Source: Botryllus schlosseri (Eukaryota). From it: a DNA stretch of 64,000 nucleotides. Of this stretch, positions 14,213 through 27,440 are shown one piece after another (the first letter of the stretch is position 1; the number at the start of each line of letters is the position of its first letter). Under the pieces are notes generated by a model. That model did no database searches. It was not told where the DNA came from and saw only the letters and a program-made list of their open reading frames with translations. The DNA lies in contig CM119371.1 in assembly GCA_051294905.1 (NCBI GenBank), positions 31,064,001 through 31,128,000 of the forward strand, written 5' to 3'. The translations under genes and the position numbers were made by a program.

Positions 14213-17200
14213 TGTAGATCCTGATAAAGTGAACGCGATTACAGAATTTCATGCTCCGACCAACATCACAGAATTACGTAGCGTCATGGGAATGGTGAAT
14301 CAATTGGGGGAATTTTCGAAGGAGATAAGCACAGTGGCAAAGCCTCTTCGCTGTCTACTCGAAACGAAAAATGAATTCATTTGGTCAAGCGTACAGGCCG
14401 ACGCATTTCGGAAGACGAAAGCAGCATTGACTAATACATCTGTATTAGCAACATTTGATCCGAAGTTGCCCGCGAGTTTGCAAACAGATGCATCAAGGAC
14501 AAGAGGTTTGGGATACGCTCTATTACAGTTGCATGGTGACACATGGAGACTGGTTCAATGCGGCTCCCGGTTTATACGTGACACAGAATCGCGATATGCA
14601 ATGGTAGAGCTGGAACTTCTTGCAGTTGTATGGGCAGCACTCAAATGCAAACTATTTCTGACAGGATTTCAACATTTTGAAGTGGTTGTCGACCATCAGC
14701 CGCTAGTTTCCATTCTAAATGCTCAAACGTTGGATTCCATCGAGAACCCACGACTTCAGCGACTGAAAGAGAAGTTATCTGCATTTGTATTTACGACGTC
14801 ATGGAGAAAAGGAAAACTTCGTGCCATTCCTGATGCATTGTCAAGAGCGCCAGTGCAAGACCCAACAAGAGAGGATCAAGCAGCGGAAAGAGACGACGCC
14901 GCTTGCATGGCATGCCATCTCACCACCAAGAGCCAAATTTTCAGAAGAGAGCAAGCGGGTTGAATGCACTAGAAGACTTGGTCTTATCGCGCATGAGACA
15001 AGTTGCACTCACTGACAATAATTATCAGTCATCAATCGAGATTATCCGAAATTTGAATGGTGTAAATAACCATATTAGTCGACAGACACAATAAATACCT
15101 CAAAACAAGCGCAATGTCTTGATAAATTATTTTACCACGCGCAGCTTAATATTCTTCAATCCAATAAAATAAATTATCAAATGCTTCTCCTTGACATATT
15201 GATTCGCGGATAGAGTCACAATATTACTAATGAGGCAGCTATAGAATGTATGACTAGCCTACATCGGATGCGGCAGGTTGTTACAAATATGAAACATGAC
15301 TAGGTAGCCTAATATTGAAGTATCATTTTATATTAGGACCAATTCCTACAGCTACGTTGCACGTTTATGTTCAATACCTCGAAATAAATGCAATAAAACA
15401 GTATGGTATTGTTCAGGTTAGCTGAGGGCCTCATAAAAAGTACCAAATAAACGCATCGTATCTTCGCAAACATTTCTATAACATGTCATGTTTGCTACAA
15501 CTCCGCAAGCAACGTAGCACTCACGCAGCAAATAACATTACGGTCCATTAGTTCGGCTAAAGTACTTTTATCACGTTTCGGAAATTGACGCACCGACTCA
15601 TAAGTTAGAAGTACTTTACTCGAGTACCAAAACTGACTACGTTGACAGCCGCATATTAATTGTTAGCATTCGAAAGGTTCAAACTATTATTGTATGTGAC
15701 TGTTTAGGTCTCAACGTTCTTTGCATGCAATGCGGGAGAGGAGTAACGGTGTAAACATTTGACATCTGCTCGTGATTTTTTTGCAGGAATCGGAACCATG
15801 TCAGAATCCAAACCAACTGAACGTGAAAATACACACTTACGCAGTGCATGAGCTAAAGAGTGATAATAGTCGTTCGTGTTCGGTATACAGGTCAACTTCA
15901 AATTACTATCTCTCGCATCTCGCAGCATAACGGGGACAACACGCCCATGTTTTCCCACTAACCGAGACCTTTTCTGGGTTTGAAACTTCCCCAATGCTCT
16001 CCGCGCCTTTCAATGTCAGGTGTCATTTAAGTTAGAGTGCTAAATATGGGTCGGACACTACAACAAAGCTGCATTTGAAGATAAATTATGACTCGAGCAC
16101 GCTCGTCCAATTCTGATGGATTAAAATTTGAATCATTACACTTTACAATTTCAGCTACCAAGCCAGGGCCCATGTGACACTTGGGTATATAGTAACTTTG
16201 ACTGCTGTACCCGTTCGAAGCAAATAAGAAGAAAATTATCCTCCGCCGAGAATAATGGCTTATAATTCCGTGGTATAAGGTCGGAAAGGGAAATGGAGCA
16301 ACGTTTTGAACGAGGTATTAGTTAATGCTTGGTAGTGCGGAATCATGCGTAACTGTTTATTTGAAGCAACAATCTTTTTCCTCTTACACTTCTACGTTAC
16401 ATCAATCAAATAGTTGAGTAAGGCGTAGAGTAATAGTTACTAATGCAGCAGCTATTCATTATATTTGAAGAGCTTACATTGGCTGTGCAGCTCCGTTAGA
16501 ATACCGGCTCATCATTCGATAAAATGTCGTCGTATGAATTTACATCATTTCACATTCATTCAGCTTCCAAATAAATCTCCGAACAAATCAAATTTTAGTG
16601 CTCCATAAGACTACGCACTCAACGATTCATCTCTTTGCATACCAAGCACTTATAATATGCATATTTGTCCGATTTCCACGCGGCATGTATTCATGTATTC
16701 CTACTTCGAAATTTATTAGTCTTGTTAGTACGTGAACAATGCGACTTAGTGACAGGTATTATTATTCACAGTCAAATGGTGCCAACTGTTCCTAAATCTG
16801 ACAGTTGATATATCAATTTTGACAACATGAAATGCGTAAGAGGAGCGACCAGATAAACGTGGATATCACCTGGTAAATTACTTGCAATGTTAGAAGTCAT
16901 TTTGGGAATGGGAAATATCAGCTTAAAGCAGAAACACTTGCACGATGTGTACATTACATTGTAACAGTCGCCACTTGAATCGGATATTTCGGAGCATTTT
17001 GCACCAAGATCTTTAACGATGTAGGATTAGTGCGAACCTAGGTCTTTGGTATGCGCACCGGGATCCTGTTCGAAAAAAGCCATTGTAGTTTTTACCATGG
17101 GAAGATTTATCTGAATTGCACGAATCTACAGTAATCTTAACAATCAAATTCGATGAAATTTTCAAATCCTATCAATCGGTGTACTCAAGCGAGCCGGAAC

Positions 17201-20200
17201 CTTTGAATAATGATTTTATGGATTGAATATAATATTTGATTTCCCTGGTTGATACATTTGGAAGGTTTGAAACGTCAAGATGTACCTCAGCATTGCGGCA
17301 TTATGTGGCCCGAGTCGTCGCTGGGTATTGTGTACAAAGGGCTATCAGTTCACTGAAATAGTGGGTTGGAATTACCTTTATGGCGTCACAAGGTTCACGT
17401 TCGCGTTCACGCAGAACCTTTCAAAAAGGTTCTCGTTCACACGAATTCGAACCTTTCAGAGGTCCACACCATATCCAGTTATCTTAACTGCGGCTATAGA
17501 CTGTGCACAATGTACGGTGTACAGTACACGTGTCTAACTAATTCTAAGCAAATTAACAGTCACAATAAACATTCGCATATATATTTGATATCCAGACAGT
17601 AATGTCTGAAGGGAAGATTGTGTTCGGTGGTAAAGTTGAGGTGCTCAACTCAGTGAGAAAAAGTAGACTCTACTAAATAACATATTGAATTTCAGTAGAA
17701 CTCAGTAAAATATACCTATGGCAACGGAGTGGTCGAGTTATTTTCAGTGAAAGTCTTTAAATTACACAGGGTTGATGTGGAAACGGTCGCATACCGGTAC
17801 GTATCATCTTAAAAGTCTAAAAAAAGTGTGGAAAAGTGTGACTTCTTCATGATTGGTATCATACGCACATATTTTATTACCTCAAGTCGACAGATTTCGG
17901 TAGGTAACTTCTATTAGGAGTCAGAAAAACCAGCGAGTGTCTTTGCTGCAACCAAGTTATACCAAATCATTGGGTGTTCTAGTAACTACCATTAAAATGT
18001 TGATTCAGTCATTAATTATGTGACGAAGTGATATCGCATGATTTACTCGAAAGTGGCAATGATTGGTGTTTATCATCATGAACGCGATCTTGTAAATATT
18101 ATGAGCAACAACATGACCAACATTTTCTTCGCAGTGGCACATAATGCAGGATACATATTTAGACCAGCCGCGCCGTCCATACTATATTCGACACAGGCCT
18201 TTTGCATTGAATTTGTTTTATATATGATTCAATTCTTCATTTTCGTTATCACCATGGAAGAGAACAGAAATACGCCTATTTAGTATTTTAAATTCGACGA
18301 CAAAAGCTTCAGATTCATCTTTACCGCTACAAACTTTTATTTAGATGTGTCGACTAAACATCCTATTTCTAGACCGGCCTATCGCGGCATTTTAAACTTA
18401 ACAGCGGTTTTCAAAACAGATTTTCATCCCCCGTTGTTTGAACTCGTCAAGCTCCTTTTCTCAAACTCATTGCACATTACTCCTCTGCTTGTGCACTACA
18501 CCTGATCAATTGTAGAATGGAAGTGTATGGAGTTGTACGTACAAAACCGTCCATACAGGTATTGCGACATGGATGGATATATCTTTCCGAAAATACTGCG
18601 CGTATCATCATCGTCATTGGCTTATTAGAAATTTTCATCAGTTCAATTCACCACAAAATTGCGATAAAATGAAAAGAAAGGCAGGTGTCCAAGCGACTTT
18701 GGTTAGTCTATGGCAGGGGTTCTCAACTTCCCTTGCATAACGGGCCGCATTTTAACAGCAAAGTACGTTGCGGGCCGCAGAACATTATTTCCATGTATTT
18801 GTGGGCTGCTATTAAATTTAGGCTACTGTAGCCTATTAACCAGTCGTATACGGGCGTTTAGTACCTTTTTTTGGATTCTAAAGCATTAATGGACAGTGTT
18901 CGTAAGTTTGCTGTTGTTGTTTTTGTGAGAATATTATTTTCCAGCGCCGCAAGTATATCCCGTCATTGAGCGTGCACTGCAATAGTTGGCAAGTCGGTAT
19001 ATGCACCTTCAAACCCTTACACCAGAGAACCGAACTCTCTGTTTCAATACGTGAGCGAGCAAGTAGCTGTAGCCTCAACATTTGCCAGGTGATGTTGTCT
19101 TTGCTGTTAAGTTCCGGAAGCAGCGAATATTCGCTCAGTATGTTTAGGTTTTATTGAAATGACATCTTCTCTGGCAAATTTCATGGATTTAGCGATATTG
19201 AAAGCAATTCTGAACCATGCGTCTGTAACATCGTCGACAATTTTAACAATGCCTCGAAATATGGATTGGTGGGTTTGACACCTAGCTAGCAATGTTTTTT
19301 CTAACATCAGGCGATACTTATAACTCCGGAAGAAAGTGTGGTGGTATATTTTTTAGCTTCTACGCTTCGTTACGACAACTGATCTTCGACAAATATGTCC
19401 CATCGGTTTTCCGATTGTACCTGAGAAAGCAAATTTATTGTTCCAGGCAGACTTACAAACCCATTTCCCGCCATTCAATTGACGGGATTTTGAGCAGCTC
19501 GTAGTTGGGATGGTGTGAACCTCTGAAGAGTTCATGTCCGTGTGAACGCGAACCTTTTTGAAAGGTTCTGTATGAACGTGAACGTGAGGCTGGTGACGTC
19601 ACATTGCTAATTCCAAACCTATATGTCAGTGAATTGAAAGCCTATATTGATGTACACGATACCTGTGCGATGAATCGGGCCGCATAGAAGAACATATTTT
19701 CCATAAAATCAATATCGATTTGCCAACAATTTCAACGAGGAGTTGCGAGAGAATATGAGCTTACGCCTTAGTCTAGGCCAGGCCGGAATATGTTTCGGCG
19801 TATCAGTATTGCTACACGTTGATATTGAGCAGAGAGTAAAACGGGTTTTTATACCTGATACCGATATTACGAGATAAAACAAGATATACAGCACTTGCCA
19901 ACACCCCAATCGCACGATTTTGGTTATTATGATACAATAAACATATGAAGCAAGATTGCTGTCGTATGCGCCACCTCGATTTTTTACATCTGACAACTAT
20001 ATCAATCTCATTGATTGTTGAATGAGGATCATTCGCTGGCTATATCTAGTGCATTTTACTCTTGAAGTTGTGTTATTGCGGGTCAAGCTCACAGCAGAGA
20101 GTCCCTAAATATTCCAAAACGGGAGGCTCGATATTTCAAGCCAAGTATGGTAACAAAGCAGGTAAAAATTTTGTGATTGTCAACAGGGCTTTGGAGCAGC

Positions 20201-20342
20201 CGTAAATTAAAACTGCTCCAGCTCCGGCTCCGGAGCTTTCTTCTATTATAGATTAGCTCCGGCTCCAGTTCCGGAGCCGCATTATTACCACTGCTCCGCC
20301 TCCAGCTCCGTCTCTGAAATCATCGAATGCGCCTGTCTATAT

Positions 20343-20987
20343 CAGGGGTGGCCAACCCGCGGGCCAAATGTGGCCCGCGAGAGGATTTTGCGTGGCCTGC
20401 GAGGTAATTTTCTATTATATTATCGAAAATTAATTGCTCAGATTGTGAACTTGCGATGCCAACCAAAGATTGCAAGTCTGGCTGCGGCACTTGGGATGTT
20501 GATGACTAAAATATCAGTTCCGACGCATCGGCTGATCCACGGTCCAGTCACATTTTTAGTAAATCGTCGTACATAACAATAAACTAAAATAATACTGAAA
20601 TTTTTCTTCACGCTTCGCGTGTTTAATTGTCACACTATTTCTTGCATGGTAGCCTACCCCCTACTGAAAATGACAAAAAAAACCGCTTAATTTACCCGAT
20701 TGCGTCTAACTGTATTTGCAATTATGGAAAATGTAGGCACAAAATGATTGTCGCATATTATCGGAGACTTTCGATGTTGATGTGGCCAGACGCCGAATAG
20801 TCGCGTCCTTGCAAATTGAGCCTAGCGGGCGGTATTCAGTAGACCCGCAATATACTCAAGTAATAGTATTACTCACATAGTTTATTTATAAACTTTGAAA
20901 ATTTTACCCGCTTTGCGCGGCTAGTGGACCGTGCACTCGTTCGTCAATTGCATGTGCTCCGTTAGCCAAAAAGGTTGGCCATTCCTG
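20343..20987. mobile_element. Charlie/MER-like MITE nested in the GCTCCG element
   Basis: CAGGGGTGGCCAAC / GTTGGCCATTCCTG; exact TSD GTCTATAT; also present at the same position in copy 2 (27607-29209). Confidence 0.9.
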
Positions 20988-21143
20988 GTCTATATAGATT
21001 ACTTATCTACCCATAGGTTAGTTATCTATAGTAATCTAGAGTCTGTCAGCCGTCGGTAATATCCGATGTAGGAACGAAGACATAGGTGCCGCCGTGCCGG
21101 CTTGTGACGGCATAATTAATACTTGTCAATTGTCGATAACACC

Positions 21144-23401
21144 ATAGTGTCCTATATGGTGTCGACACAAGCAAATCGCACGGTTCAATGAAATTGTATC
21201 ACGTCACAGTTTCCATTTGGCTACAGGCAATTTGACGGTGATTTTTGACCGGCTTGCCGAGCATTAAATTTGATGAATTGGGTATCAATCGAAAGCTGAC
21301 GCTGTACTGCCTTCGAAAATATAAATTTTATTCCACTCATGGCCCTGGAACCCTCACAATCAGCCCCAAATTATTCATTGTCGAGTAGATTGGCAGTGTG
21401 ACGCAACAATGCTGTCTGGCGAAACGAGACACTAGCTCAAGAGCAAGGATGCGGCCGAGCGGCGAGAGTGGGATCAGCTGACGTCGCGGCAATAGCAATG
21501 TGCAACCGCGCCACAGAGAAACGCTGCGCTGTTGTTACTTTTTCTATGTGCTTCGGTACAAGCGAGCACACACCAGCCTTTCCTCGACTTGTCAACGTTT
21601 ATAGTGATATCAGATATATTCCAGTGAAAAACAAAGGTATGAATTTGGTGGTAACATTTTGGAATCATTTGGCAGGTATGGCCCGCAAGCTTTCTAGTTA
21701 CGGATTGAATCCGGACAGCGATACCAGTTGATTCGACACTCCTGCTGTTAAACTTTATTCAACAATCAACATTTTACCTGCTGCATTCGCGGACTAAGTC
21801 CTACCGATACGGATAAAATAAAAGCTTGTAATGTATGCTCATTAGGGCTGTTCAAAAATAACTTTTTTTTCCTGATTCCAGCCATTCACTGATTAAATTG
21901 TCAGGTTGCCACAACAAAGGCTGCACACCAAATTTGGTTCAATTCGAACATGTCTAAGCGTCCGCAGAGCCAATTAAAATTTTTAAGATGCTACGTAAAA
22001 TTGAAAAAAAAAATTTCAAATTTTTCTCTCAACCCCATGAAAATGTTGAGATGTCTTCAAAGACCATGCAAATGAAATTTGAGTCAATTCCAACCAGTAG
22101 AAACGGAGTTATTTGACTTTTTCGTTGATAATTCTCGGATTATCCACGAATCAAGGATAATTGGAGAATTATCAACGAAAAACTCCAATAACTCCACTTC
22201 TACTAGTCCGAATTGAGTCAAATTTTATTTGCATCGTCTCTGAAGACAGCTCAACAATTTCATGGGGTTGACAGAAAAATTTGAAAAATTTTTTTTTTCA
22301 ATTTTCCTGTATAAATTAAAAATTTTAATTGGATCCGCGGAGCCCTATACTTGTTAGAATTGAACCAAATTTGGTGTGCAGCGTTTTTTAAGGTAACCTG
22401 ACGATTTAATCACTGAATGGCTGGAATCCGGAAAAAAAAGTTATTTTTGAACAGCCCTAATGCTCATGCTCAATGCTCCTTGCTCACACTTAACCATAAA
22501 AGCGACTATAGAAAGTATCGACACCCACCATCAACAGCGCCACGCATCTCTGGAGCCCTGCGCAACAAGCGGGCTAAGGCAATCGATATCATAATAATCC
22601 GACATATCTAATGTAGACTACTTAACGTAGCCTACATATCTCTATCAGCTGAAGGATATTGCACGAAAATTGGTAGGGCCCTAATACATTCTGTGGACCC
22701 AGTTCTACCCTTACAAGTCAAGGAAAGGCTGGTGTGTGCTCGCTTTTAGCGAAGCGCCTATAGAAAGTATCAACAGCGCCACGCATCTCTGGAGCCCTAC
22801 GCAACAAGCGGTCTAAGGCAATCGATATCATAATAATCTGACATATTTAATGTAGACTACTTAGACGTAGCCTACATATCTCTATCAGCTGAAGGATATT
22901 GCACGAAAATTGGTAGGGCCCTAATACATTCTGTGGACCTAGTTCTACCCTTACAAGTCAAGGAAAGGCTTGTGTGTGCTCGCTTGTACCGAAGCACATA
23001 GAAAAAGTATCAACAGCGCAGCGTTTCTCTGTGGCGCGGTTGCACATTGCTATTGCCACGACGTCAGCTGATCCTACTCTCGCCGCTCGGCCGCATCCTT
23101 GCTCTTGAGCTAGTCTCTCGTTTCGCCAGACAACATTGTTGCGTCATACTGCCAATCTACTCGACAATGAATAATTTGGGGCTGATTGTGGGGGTTCCAG
23201 GGCCACGAGTGGAATAAAATTTATATTTTCGCAAGCAGTACAGCGTCAGCTTTCGATTGATACCCAATTCATCAAATTTAATGCTCGGCAAGCCGGTCAA
23301 AAATCACCGTCAAATTGCCTGTAGCCAAAAGGAAACTGTGACGTGATACAATTTCATTGAACCGTGCGATTTGCTTGTGTCGACACCATATAGGACACTA
23401 T
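21144..23401. mobile_element. Long-TIR (~450 bp) non-autonomous DNA element, MULE-like or P-like
   Basis: 21144-~21590 is a near-perfect inverted copy of ~22953-23401. TSD is 9 bp GATAACACC, or 7 bp ATAACAC if the ends are CATAG/CTATG. Internal ~240-bp tandem duplication at ~22507-23015. Confidence 0.88.
21843..22459. mobile_element. Fully palindromic (fold-back) MITE
   Basis: TAGGGCTGTTCAAAAATAAC / GTTATTTTTGAACAGCCCTA; arms pair imperfectly to the centre at ~22150; exact TSD ATGCTCAT. Confidence 0.92.
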
Positions 23402-25587
23402 GATAACACCATAATTGCACTAAAACGCACTTCACTCTCCATGCCATTGCTGTGCACAGCATTAAAATTCAGGCCTGCTGTTCAATTATGATAAATTAGC
23501 AGATGTGGTTGTTGCATATATAATAGCATCTTATGAAATACGTCGAGCCGGAGCTATTCCCCAAAAAACGGGCTCCAGCTCCGGCTCCGGCTGAATCTCA
23601 TGTAGAGCTCTGGCTGCGGCTCCAGCTCCGGTTAAAATGCACGGCTCCGGGGATCCGGGCTCCGGCTCCAAAGTCCTGATTGTCAAGGTTCATGATCGTT
23701 TAATGAGGATTTGTGTATGCTGCCAGTGCCATGTACAGAGTGGCCCGCAGTTGAAATGCAACACATTTTAACCAAAGATGTTAGAATGAAGTGAAAATAG
23801 TTATATATGAAAAAGGTTCACAGTGCAGAACCTACCAAGGTTCGTGTGTGAACGTGAACCTCTAAATATCAGAGGCTCACACACAGAACGCGAACGTGAA
23901 CCTCACGCTCACACCATCCCTAGCTTGCAGAGAGTTTCTACCATGAAAGTGAAATTTTTATCTGAATATATTGACATACTTTATTTATCATCCAATCAAT
24001 CCAAGTTTGCCAACCCCAGAAAGATGGTCATGAAACTACTTGTTCTGTTCGGTTCTACAGGCCAACTCATTTCCAAGCAGATATTTCCGACCATCAAGAT
24101 TCATGAGAGAAGACTGCGTTCCGATATAACTAATGTTCCCGTGTATGCTATACTAATGGTTTCTAAATCCGACAGACAGCCGGGCTTTAAAAACTTGTCG
24201 ACTACTTTGACCGACCACCAATGTCTGATTGACCTCAACAGCTGTCGAAGTAGGCTACATTAGTTTGATAAATATAATATATACTTTTATTGGCCTCTAT
24301 GGTTCAAAATTTATATTAAAAGCGATTTAGTCCTTATAAAGGTGGATAAATACGCTATGTATCGATTATTTATTTCCGCTCGTCAACTACTTAGGTTTCC
24401 AATATCATTTAAAATGCGCCTTTACCACTGTTGCTACAGTGTCTGCTGATAGGTACTGTCTGCCTGTCACGCCGTAAACGCTAACTGAGCACACGCTTTT
24501 CAAATGCGATGAAGTATCAGGATGGTAACCAAATCAACAGTATCTTTATATGATGGTCGAGTAATTGATCAACACACGTTTCTGTCCGTAGTTAACCAAC
24601 AGTTATTTGATATCCAACGAACATTCGGTACTATAATAAGTATCGGTGAACGACCAAGCATTTTTTCTGCCAGGACTTCCGTCGAAACGGAATACCACGG
24701 CCCTCATGAGTTAGTCTTCTTCGTTTTGTTATATTCTGCAAGATCTCATGAATAAGTCAAATATTTGAAAAAGGTTTAACAATTTTTTTTTCATGGCTCT
24801 AATTCTTATTGCATCATTTATAGTGTTGACAAACGTTACATTAACGTCGACCCGAAACTATGTAGCATGCTATTTAGGTAAGACTATCCCATTAAGTAGC
24901 AACGATATTTCAAAACTCTCAAGTCGAAGCTAATGTCAAACTAGATAAAACTTATCAAAAAAGGTTGATGCGGTCAGTAATGTTACATGGGTGGATTAAA
25001 ACAGTATTGTTACCTATTCGATATATATTCCCATACCTATTCCCATATAAACGCCTGACGATTAAATGTTGGAGACCGCAGTCAGTGCTCATAACTTAGG
25101 CCTTTAGAATATTATCAACAATAGCCCGATAGTGCGGGTTCACGCGTAGCTTTTTCATCGAAGCAGCAAGCTTATTTTCTCCCTTCTGCGTGACACTGAG
25201 CAGCATTTGTGAGGCGTTGAGGAATATTTAATGATGCAGCAACTACGGATTCCAGCGAGATAGCGAAGTGGTGTAATCCATCGCCACAGCACTGATGGGT
25301 TGCGATTACGAGCCCGACCGAAGTCGACTCCAGAATTTCAAACCAAAGTGATTGAGTTTGTACAAGCTTTTCCTCGCCACCACATCATTGTAAGCGGTGT
25401 CCTACGACAGACTAATAAGTGGTCCTTCCTACAGGTAGGGCTTTGGAGCCGGATCCCCGGAACCGTGCATTTTCACAAGAGCAATACCAAAAGCCGTAGC
25501 TCTACATGAAATTCATTTGGAGCCCGAGCCGTAGCGGGATCCAGTTATTCAATCTTTCCTCCTTGTCGCTATCTTTTCCGTCTGGCC

Positions 25588-25963
25588 CAGTGATTCCCAA
25601 CTTTTTTCGACTCATCGCCCCCTTTTCAAGCTCCACACCGATCCTCGCCCCCCCTTCAAGTTTTGTGAACCAAAAAATGGGCATACAAACTGTAATCAGC
25701 TGCGGGTTGACTAAAAAAATGTCAACTTTCGGCGAGATGTCAAACATTTTTGCAGCTAAACTTTCGTGGTTTGACTAGAAAAAAAGGTCATTTCTCCGAC
25801 TTTACTCCAATATAACCGTTTTAACGTGCCATCGCCCCTTCGCGCTATTGACCCAAAATTTGCCCATTTTCGCCCCCTATCGCCCCCTCGTCATTCTCGC
25901 CCCGCCGTCCCTAGACCGCCAAATCGCCCCCTGGGGCGATTTCGCTCGCGTTGGGAACCACTG
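25588..25963. mobile_element. Short inverted relative of the 1327-2382 element
   Basis: CAGTGATTCCCAAC / GTTGGGAACCACTG with TCGCCCC repeats; TSD decayed. Confidence 0.8.
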
Positions 25964-27440
25964 GGCTAACCAGTTTCGATGATCTATTTACATACATGAG
26001 CACTGAGCAGCGAACTTCGGTATGCTAGATATGCCTGTGAGTACTGTGGGTATTCGACATACCCGCAAATGCATCATCAGAACAACCTTTTTTGCCGATT
26101 GTGTGGTTTGAAAATGAATATCACTATGTTTTAGCCCTGTGGTTCCCGACCTGGCGGGCGTGAAAGCTCGGAAGGGGACGTGAAGAAGCGGTCAACTGAG
26201 AAAAAATTCTCGCTTTGCACAATTCACCTCCAATTTCATATTTTTCAATTCTCTCATTAACAGTGATAACCTTCCATTCCATCAAAATATCTGTTGGAGT
26301 TGCTAGCATCCCAGTTAGATTTTGTGATATAACGACAAGGGGACGCGAAATTTTTCACTGTCATAAAGGGGCGCGTATCTAAAAAAGGTTTGGAACCACT
26401 GATTAGCCGAATAGGACGTAGGATAAAAACGTGATTTCGTTGCACATGTCGATATGACGAGCTCGCGCCGGAAAAATCCTATCTCATCGTTGGTATGAAT
26501 CGGATGAGACATACTCGTTTTTCCGTGATAGGTTTTCATGCAGGACAGGAAATTGGGCAGTGTAATTGTGTATGCATGCGAATTGGAGTTCAGTAATGTG
26601 CGTTCCTTCGTTCATTCACTCTAGTAAGGATTTTCGAGCGTAAGCGTAAATAGGAGATGGCATAAGAGTAGCCTAAACGCCGCCAAACTCAGAAAAGCCT
26701 TGTCACGATTCGAGTTACTCAATGCGAGACCCAAACCCTATGATATTTCATGTTGGAGACAAATGACCATTTTGATACGCGATTTCCAAATTGTAATCAT
26801 CTGTTTCGTGTAGTCTTCTTATTGTCTGTGACATGTAAATGTGCATAGTTTAATTGGTTACGGGCACGGCGTAATGTGCATGCCACAGTGTTTAATTAGT
26901 TGCAATATTATTAAAGAAACGTCATATTCTGAGTGTCACCAATTCAAATTTTATTCGACTCATCTCAACGGGAAAATGTGGTATTCCGACAATCTGGATC
27001 GACACTCGATGGATTGGTAACGAATATATATCGAATTTCAAACCATTAGCTATGCTATAAGGTACAAAGCGGATTCCCATAGATCAGGTCGTAATATGCA
27101 CCCATATTGCTCTTATTGCAGTTATATATATCATAATATTCGCACATTGACATATTGAATTCAATTGTAGGGATTAATGTTAAGGGGTGTCAGTGTCAGT
27201 GTGAAAACATCGCATCAGTATTTTAATGCTGTACACAGCAATGGCGTGGAGTAAAGTGCGTTATAGTGCACCTATGATGTAATGAATTATTTGCATGGAG
27301 TCAGTACGAAGTCACAAGCCAGCACGGCAACACCTACGTCTTCATTGCTGCATTCGATATCACTGACGGCTGACAGACTAAGATTACTATGGAAAACAAA
27401 TCGACGTGTCACACATACGGCCTGCAGGTCGCATCCGGAC

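Larger units (their letters stand above)
10440..15060 (+). mobile_element. Decayed Ty3/gypsy (Mag-like) LTR retrotransposon: gag, protease, RT, RNase H; integrase and 3' LTR missing
   Basis: Gag QRAGESFD and paired knuckles CRNCGLPH...C / CFSCRKSGHFSRMC; protease LPDSGA; RT RLCVDLTKLN, FDATRGYWQ, KVVDDILV; RNase H TDASRTRG, ELELLAVVWA, DHQPL. Several stops and two insertions. Confidence 0.95.
20184..23678. mobile_element. GCTCCG-repeat non-autonomous hAT-type element, copy 1
   Basis: TIR CAGGGCTTTGGAGC / GCTCCAAAGTCCTG; exact TSD ATTGTCAA; (GCTCCG)n subterminal arrays. Confidence 0.92.
19505..23922. mobile_element. TAGGGATGGTG-family non-autonomous hAT-type element (GTGAAC/GTTCAC subterminal repeats)
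   Basis: Ends TTGGGATGGTGTGAAC / CACACCATCCCTA; degenerate TSD GCTCGTAG / GCTTGCAG. Same family as 58929-61264; partial copies end at 5823, ~17475 and 45947. Confidence 0.8.
18714..24263 (+). pseudogene. Decayed SPIN/GTF2IRD2-like hAT transposon, split by a nested insertion stack
   Basis: TIR-like CAGGGGTTCTCAAC at 18714. After the nested block, 23923-24263 reads KFANPRKMVMKLLVLFGST...QIFPTIK...RLRSDITN...AIL, resembling the C-terminal dimerisation region of this hAT group. Confidence 0.6.
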
